DNA of 64,000 nucleotides from an uncultured delta proteobacterium (GTDB lineage: Bacteria > Myxococcota_A > Polyangia > Polyangiales > JAFGIB01): NCBI GenBank assembly GCA_963778655.1, contig CAVZVA010000010.1:1216001-1280000 (forward strand), written 5' to 3'. Shown here piece after piece: positions 59,068 to 64,000 of the stretch. Under the pieces are notes generated by a model, which was not told the DNA's origin, searched no databases, and worked only from the letters and a program-made list of their open reading frames with translations. Made by a program: the position numbers and the translations under genes. Numbering within the stretch: the first letter of the stretch is position 1; each line of letters begins with the position of its first letter.

Positions 59068-59862
59068 TCACGACACCGCTCCCCGGCCGCCGGAGCTGAA
59101 GGGCCGCGCGGCGAGCGCCGCCAACCCCGCCGCCAACAGCACGCCGCCGAGATGGAAGACCAGCACGTGCACGAGCGCGTGCGCATGCTGGCAGGTGACG
59201 TGCAGCGTGGCCGCGCCCGAGAGCGCGCCGGCCGCCCCGACTCCTGCCAGCACGGCGCGCGAGAGCGGGCGGCCGCGCCGCAGCGCGATCCACGCCACGA
59301 CCGGGAGCGCCGCCGTGGCCAGCTCGTGCAGCACGCACTTGACGCCGTACGCAGGTGCGAGCGCACCACCGCCCGCGAGCAGCGCGAACCCGAGCACGGC
59401 CGCGCACGACAGCGCTGCGGCCAACAGGCCGCGGCGGCGCGCCAGCGCGAGCAGGCCGCAAGCGGCCAGGGTGGCGAGCGCGGCCGCGAGCCAAGGCGCG
59501 CCGAGCGGGCTGCGGTGGCGCGCCAGCACGACGCTCAGCAGCGAGGCCAGCACGCTCAGCGCGAGCGCGAGCGGCAGCGGCGAAGGTCCGCCGCGCACGG
59601 GCTGGCTCTCGTTGCCGAGCGCGGCGCGCTGGCGCTGGAAGTCGCGGTACGCGTGCAACGCCTGGGCTTGTTGGCCGCGATCGACCGGGCCCGAGGCGAG
59701 CTCAGGCAGGACGCGGGCCGCGGCCTGCAGCCCCGCGAAATAAGCGCGGCAGTCGGTGCAGCCCGCGAGATGGCGGCGCACGCGCAGGCGCGTCCACGGC
59801 CCGAGCGTGCCTTCGGCGTGCTCGGTGGCCAGATTGGCGACGTCCCTACAGCGCATCCTCAT
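59068..59862 (-). CDS. Anti-sigma factor: zf-HC2 domain fused to NrsF/DUF1109-like membrane domain
   Basis: M.C.DV...HLAGC..C; TMs with KCVL.E and LH.TC...H...FH. Confidence 0.78.
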   Translation of the reverse strand: MRMRCRDVANLATEHAEGTLGPWTRLRVRRHLAGCTDCRAYFAGLQAAARVLPELASGPVDRGQQAQALHAYRDFQRQRAALGNESQPVRGGPSPLPLALALSVLASLLSVVLARHRSPLGAPWLAAALATLAACGLLALARRRGLLAAALSCAAVLGFALLAGGGALAPAYGVKCVLHELATAALPVVAWIALRRGRPLSRAVLAGVGAAGALSGAATLHVTCQHAHALVHVLVFHLGGVLLAAGLAALAARPFSSGGRGAVS

Positions 59863-59912
59863 TCTCGCGGGAACCGGCCATGACCAGCCATGCACGCGGT
59901 CCCATCCAAGCA

Positions 59913-59987
59913 GTCTTTGGGGTCGCGGCAATGTTACAGGCGCGACGGCAAAACGAAAAAGCGTAACGCACGCGCGGCAAGCGAGAC
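59913..59987. promoter_or_regulatory. Back-to-back divergent ECF-type promoter motifs GTAAC-N16-AGAC
   Basis: Minus strand 59937-59913 and plus strand 59963-59987, with identical spacing. Confidence 0.65.
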
Positions 59988-60010
59988 CAAGGCCGTACAG
60001 GAGGTTGGCG

Positions 60011-61075
60011 ATGAAACTCACCCGCGGCTTGGTATCGGTCTTGGCATTGGCCTGCGCGCTGGCTGGCGGCGCGTGCTCCAGCAGTAGCTCGAGCGGCGGC
60101 GCCGCGGACGGCGGTGGCGCCGGCTCGGGCGCGTCGAAGGACGCGTCCACGTCCACCAAGGACGCTGGCGGCAGCGACTCAGGCGCGTCGAAGGACGCAT
60201 CCATGTCCGGCAAGGACGGCGGCACGGCGGACGCGTCCATGCCGAAGGACCCGGCGACCGCGGAGCTGGCGAGCATCGACCGCTTCAGCAAGTCGGCCGC
60301 GATGCTGATGCAGCGCACCGCCGACAATGGGCTGCCGGGCGCTGACGAGGCGGTCGACTTCGACAAGCCGCCCTTCATCACCCAGGGCCTCGGTCCAAAC
60401 GGCGAGGTGGTGCGCTACTACAACTTCGACATCCAGTCGCAGACCCCGGCGCCGATCTACGTGCTGTTCGCCGAAGGCAGCAGCGACCCGGTCGGCGGCC
60501 AGCTCAACATCATCGACGTGATCCCCGGCGACCCCGGCTACAACGACTTCTGGCAGGTGAACAAGGTCACGGTGCCCGCGGACTACGTGGCCAATACCAT
60601 CACCAGCTATGCCGAGATCGAGGCCGCCAAGCTCGACATCGAGCCCACCGAGATGCTGGTCAACTGTCCGGTCGTGCCCGATGGCTCGACCGCGAAGCTG
60701 CGCCTGAACGGCGAAGACCCGGGGCTGCACTCGGGTTGGTACGACGGCAAGCTGGTCAAGTATTTCACCTTCGGGGAGAAGGAGCTCAGCGGCAAGATGG
60801 TGCCGGTCTCGCCGATCTACGTGACCTTCAAGATCAATCCCGACAAGCCGGATGGCGGCCCCGCATCGGGCTTCGTGACCGAGGCCGACGAAGTGCAGAC
60901 CCACAACGTCGTCGCCACGCTGCCGAGCGATGCCGGCTACTCACCGCTGTGGTCGGTGCAGGCCTACGACAACGCGGACTTCGACAGCGTGTCAGACCTC
61001 GCGTCCGCGTCCGGCGCCAACATCCTGGGCATGGACGTGGCCAACGTGAACTGTCCGATCGTCGACGTGCAGTGA
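60011..61075 (+). CDS. Hypothetical lipoprotein with duplicated P.D.GY..W...VNCP module
   Basis: RBS ggagg; lipobox GGAC; PGDPGYNDFW...LVNCPVV and PSDAGYSPLW...VNCPIV. Confidence 0.8.
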   Translation: MKLTRGLVSVLALACALAGGACSSSSSSGGAADGGGAGSGASKDASTSTKDAGGSDSGASKDASMSGKDGGTADASMPKDPATAELASIDRFSKSAAMLMQRTADNGLPGADEAVDFDKPPFITQGLGPNGEVVRYYNFDIQSQTPAPIYVLFAEGSSDPVGGQLNIIDVIPGDPGYNDFWQVNKVTVPADYVANTITSYAEIEAAKLDIEPTEMLVNCPVVPDGSTAKLRLNGEDPGLHSGWYDGKLVKYFTFGEKELSGKMVPVSPIYVTFKINPDKPDGGPASGFVTEADEVQTHNVVATLPSDAGYSPLWSVQAYDNADFDSVSDLASASGANILGMDVANVNCPIVDVQ

Positions 61076-61238
61076 TGGCGCGGCGGGCCCGCGTGCAGGC
61101 GCGGGCCCGCGTGCGGCTGCCCAGCGGGCCCGCGCTGGTGCGACCGTCGCCGCGCTCGGGGCGCCCCGGGCGCCACCCGACTCGGTCTGCTGGCCCCGCG
61201 CCGTTCCGGGTGTATGCTCGCGGCGGGGGGTCGAAGAG

Positions 61239-62780
61239 ATGCCCGGCGAGCCAGAGGAGCACACCAGCAGCATCGCGCGCGACGTGTTGGACAGCCTGCT
61301 CGAGGGCTGTCAGGTCATCTCGTTCGATTTCAGGTATCTGTACGTCAACGACCGCGTCGTCGCCCAGGGCCGCAAGAGCAAGGACGAGCTGCTGGGGCGG
61401 ACGATGATGGAGGTGTACCCGGGCATCGACCAGACGCCGATGTTCTCGGTGCTCAGGCGCTGCATGCGCGAGCGCCGCCACGACCGGCTGGAAAACGAGT
61501 TCATCTTCGAGGACGGCTCGAAGGGCTGGTTCGAGCTGCGCTTGGTGCCGGTGCCGGATGGTGTGTGCATTCTCTCACTCGACATCACCGCGAGCAAGCG
61601 CACCGCCGCGGAGCTCGCCCGCAGCGAAGAGCAGCTGCGTCACGCCCAGAAGATGGAAGCCGTGGGACGGCTGGCGGGCGGGGTGGCGCACGACTTCAAC
61701 AACCTACTCTCCGTGGTTCTGAGCTACTCGAGCCTGCTGATCGGGGATCTGCCCGCCGGCGATCCGATGCGCGCCGATCTCGAGGAGATCCAGAAGGCGG
61801 GGGAGCGGGCGGCCGATCTGACCCGGCAGCTGCTGGCCTTCAGCCGCAAGCAGGACTCGGAGCTGCGCATCGTCGACGTCAATCAGGTCGTCACGTACAC
61901 CGACAAGATGATCCGCCGGCTGGTCGGCGAGGACGTGGACGTTCATACCTCGCTCGCCGAGGATCTCGGCAAGATCAAGGTCGACCCAGGACACCTGGAG
62001 CAGGTGCTGATGAACCTCGTCGTGAACGCCCGCGACGCCATGCCGCAGGGCGGCAAGCTCACGATCGAGACCCGGAACGTGGAGCTGGATGCGGGCTACG
62101 CCCAGGAGCACCTCGGCGTGACGCCGGGTCCGCACGTGATGCTCGCCGTCAGCGACAGCGGCCACGGTATGGACGCAGCGACCAAAGAGCGCATCTTCGA
62201 GCCGTTCTTCACGACCAAGGAACAGGGCAAGGGCACGGGGCTGGGGCTGTCGACCGTGTTCGGGATCGTCAAGCAGATTGGCGGCAGTGTCTGGGTGTAC
62301 AGTGAGCCTGGCGGCGGGGCCACCTTCAAGGTCTACTTCCGGCGTACCGACGAGCACGAGCCGGCCGAGCCTGCGCGCGCACAGGTGGTCACCCTGCGCG
62401 GCTCCGAGACGGTGCTGCTGGTGGAAGACGAGGAGCAGCTGCGCGTTGTCACCCGCGGGATCCTCAGGCGCTACGGCTACCAGGTGCTCGACGCGTGCAG
62501 TGGCGGCGAGGCGGTGCGTCTGTGCGAGCGGCACGCGGGCCCGCTGCAGCTGTTGCTGACCGACGTCGTCATGCCGGAGATGAGCGGCCCCGAGCTGGTG
62601 CAGCGACTCTCGCCGCTGCGGCCGGACATGCGCGTGCTGTACATGTCGGGCTACACCGAGCAGGCGGTGGTCCACCGCGGGATGCTCTCGTCCGGCACGG
62701 CCTTGCTGCAGAAACCGATCACGCCGGAGCTGCTGCTGCGCAGGCTGCGCGAGGTGCTCGAGCTTCCGCTGCCGCGTTGA
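61239..62780 (+). CDS. Hybrid sensor kinase (PAS-HisKA-HATPase-REC)
   Basis: GGVAHDFNNLL, NL.VNARDAM, FFTTK..GKGTGLGL, LLVED, TDVVMP. Confidence 0.95.
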   Translation: MPGEPEEHTSSIARDVLDSLLEGCQVISFDFRYLYVNDRVVAQGRKSKDELLGRTMMEVYPGIDQTPMFSVLRRCMRERRHDRLENEFIFEDGSKGWFELRLVPVPDGVCILSLDITASKRTAAELARSEEQLRHAQKMEAVGRLAGGVAHDFNNLLSVVLSYSSLLIGDLPAGDPMRADLEEIQKAGERAADLTRQLLAFSRKQDSELRIVDVNQVVTYTDKMIRRLVGEDVDVHTSLAEDLGKIKVDPGHLEQVLMNLVVNARDAMPQGGKLTIETRNVELDAGYAQEHLGVTPGPHVMLAVSDSGHGMDAATKERIFEPFFTTKEQGKGTGLGLSTVFGIVKQIGGSVWVYSEPGGGATFKVYFRRTDEHEPAEPARAQVVTLRGSETVLLVEDEEQLRVVTRGILRRYGYQVLDACSGGEAVRLCERHAGPLQLLLTDVVMPEMSGPELVQRLSPLRPDMRVLYMSGYTEQAVVHRGMLSSGTALLQKPITPELLLRRLREVLELPLPR

Positions 62781-62801
62781 GGCGAGGCAGCCGCCGCTCT
62801 G

Positions 62802-64000
62802 TCAGGCCGGCTCGCTGGTGCGGTTGGGGATGTCCGCGGCGATCGCGGGGGCCCCATCCGGGAGCTCGGCGAGCACCGCGCGAAGCGCGCCTGCCACGTG
62901 CTCGAACTCGGTCTCGATCGCGCTGACCGCAGCGCCGAGGTCACCCATCGGCTCGGCCGCGGCCTGGAACTCCAAGGCGGTCGCCAGCGCGGTCAGGCGC
63001 TTGGCGCCGACGCCACCCGCGCTGCCGCGCAGCCCGTGGGCGCCGCTCCTGAGCCGCGGGCCGTCGCGGCGCTCGAGCGCCTCGGCCAGATCGCGCAGTC
63101 GGCCCGGCGTCTTCTGCAGGAAGTTGCCGAGCAGCTCAGGCAGCAGCGCGCTGCCGCCGTCGTCGAGCTCGCGCAGCTCCGCGATCACCTGCGGATCGAC
63201 GTGCGGCTCCTCCACGCGCAGGCTGGCCGTGCGCGGCCCCGCGCTGCGGCCCAGCAAGTGCTGATACAGCTTGCGCTGGAGCTGCGCCCGCACCAGCGGC
63301 TTGCTGAGCACGTCGTCCATGCCGGCCTGCCGGCAGCGCTCCACCTCCTCGGCGAACGCGCTGGCGGTGAAGCCGATGATTCGGGTGCGTGGCTTGCCGT
63401 TGGCGGCTTCCCAGCGCCGGATCTGCGCCGTCGCCTCCAGGCCGTCCAGCAACGGCATGTGCCAGTCCATGAACACCAGCTCGAACGAATGATCGCGCGT
63501 GAGCGCGTCCACGGCCTGCGCGCCGTTGTCGACGGCCGACACCCGGCAGCCGAGCCGTTCGAGCCAGCGCTGCAGCAGGAAGCGGTTGACCTCGGTGTCC
63601 TCGCACACGAGCACGTTGGGGGTGAGCGCGCGCAGCCGCGCGGCGCTCGCGCTCTCGGGCTGGGTACGCTCCGGCTCGGGCGCCGCGGCCGCGAGCGGGA
63701 AGCTCAGCGCGAACTCGAACGCGCTGCCGCGTCCCAGCGCCGAGCGCACCGTCAGCTCCCCGTCCATCATCGCGACCAGCTTCTTGGAGATGCTCAGGCC
63801 GAGGCCGGTCCCGCCGAATCTGCGTGTGGTCGACTCGTCGGCTTGCTCGAACGCGTTGAACACGCGTGCGGCTTGCTCCTGGGTCATGCCGATGCCGGTG
63901 TCCTCCACGCAGAACGCCAGGCGGACCGAATCCGCTGTCTGGTCGATCGCAGCCACCCTTACGGTCACGCTTCCGTCTTGGGTGAACTTGATCGCGTTGC
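62802..64000 (-). CDS. Hybrid sensor kinase C-terminal part (HATPase-REC-Hpt), truncated by window edge
   Basis: NAIKFT, DTGIG, GGTGLGL, FMDWHMP, AHGLRGS. Confidence 0.92.
   Translation of the reverse strand, partial: NAIKFTQDGSVTVRVAAIDQTADSVRLAFCVEDTGIGMTQEQAARVFNAFEQADESTTRRFGGTGLGLSISKKLVAMMDGELTVRSALGRGSAFEFALSFPLAAAAPEPERTQPESASAARLRALTPNVLVCEDTEVNRFLLQRWLERLGCRVSAVDNGAQAVDALTRDHSFELVFMDWHMPLLDGLEATAQIRRWEAANGKPRTRIIGFTASAFAEEVERCRQAGMDDVLSKPLVRAQLQRKLYQHLLGRSAGPRTASLRVEEPHVDPQVIAELRELDDGGSALLPELLGNFLQKTPGRLRDLAEALERRDGPRLRSGAHGLRGSAGGVGAKRLTALATALEFQAAAEPMGDLGAAVSAIETEFEHVAGALRAVLAELPDGAPAIAADIPNRTSEPA

Noticed and set aside
59068..60381. 437-aa extension of the anti-sigma ORF
   Set aside because: The N-terminal extension is antisense to the lipoprotein gene; the zf-HC2 domain begins at about 59862

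Overview
A very GC-rich, gene-dense bacterial window. The gene content (giant Ser/Thr kinase-NTPase, FHA/PP2C signalling, ECF sigma modules, Gly/Ala/Thr-rich lipoproteins) suggests Myxococcota, probably Polyangiales-like; this is inference from content only. About 55 CDS can be supported. They include a thiolase-like/DUF35/acyl-CoA ligase/SDR cluster, RND and MATE efflux genes, fumC, archaeal/eukaryote-type proS, a Gld-like ABC system, a DUF58-transglutaminase-MoxR-TPR cluster, ltaE, two ECF modules, TetR plus a carotenoid oxygenase, and two hybrid kinases. There is also one tRNA-Thr(CGT) and a prs remnant. No CRISPR array, integrase or transposase was found. The most interesting observations are: (1) an uncharacterised class-Ic aaRS/CDPS-like protein translationally coupled to a PAPS sulfotransferase and followed by an SLT-M23 gene; (2) a dispersed structured repeat whose stems covary between copies, one copy apparently encoding the transglutaminase N-terminus; (3) a zf-HC2/NrsF anti-sigma-ECF module with back-to-back GTAAC-N16-AGAC motifs; (4) an ACP-like protein lacking the phosphopantetheine serine; (5) two PHM/DBH-like copper monooxygenase lipoproteins; (6) a MITE and a second, octamer-based palindrome family; (7) a 4-codon minigene bridging into an ECF sigma. 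All family calls come from motif recognition by eye, and no database searches were run.
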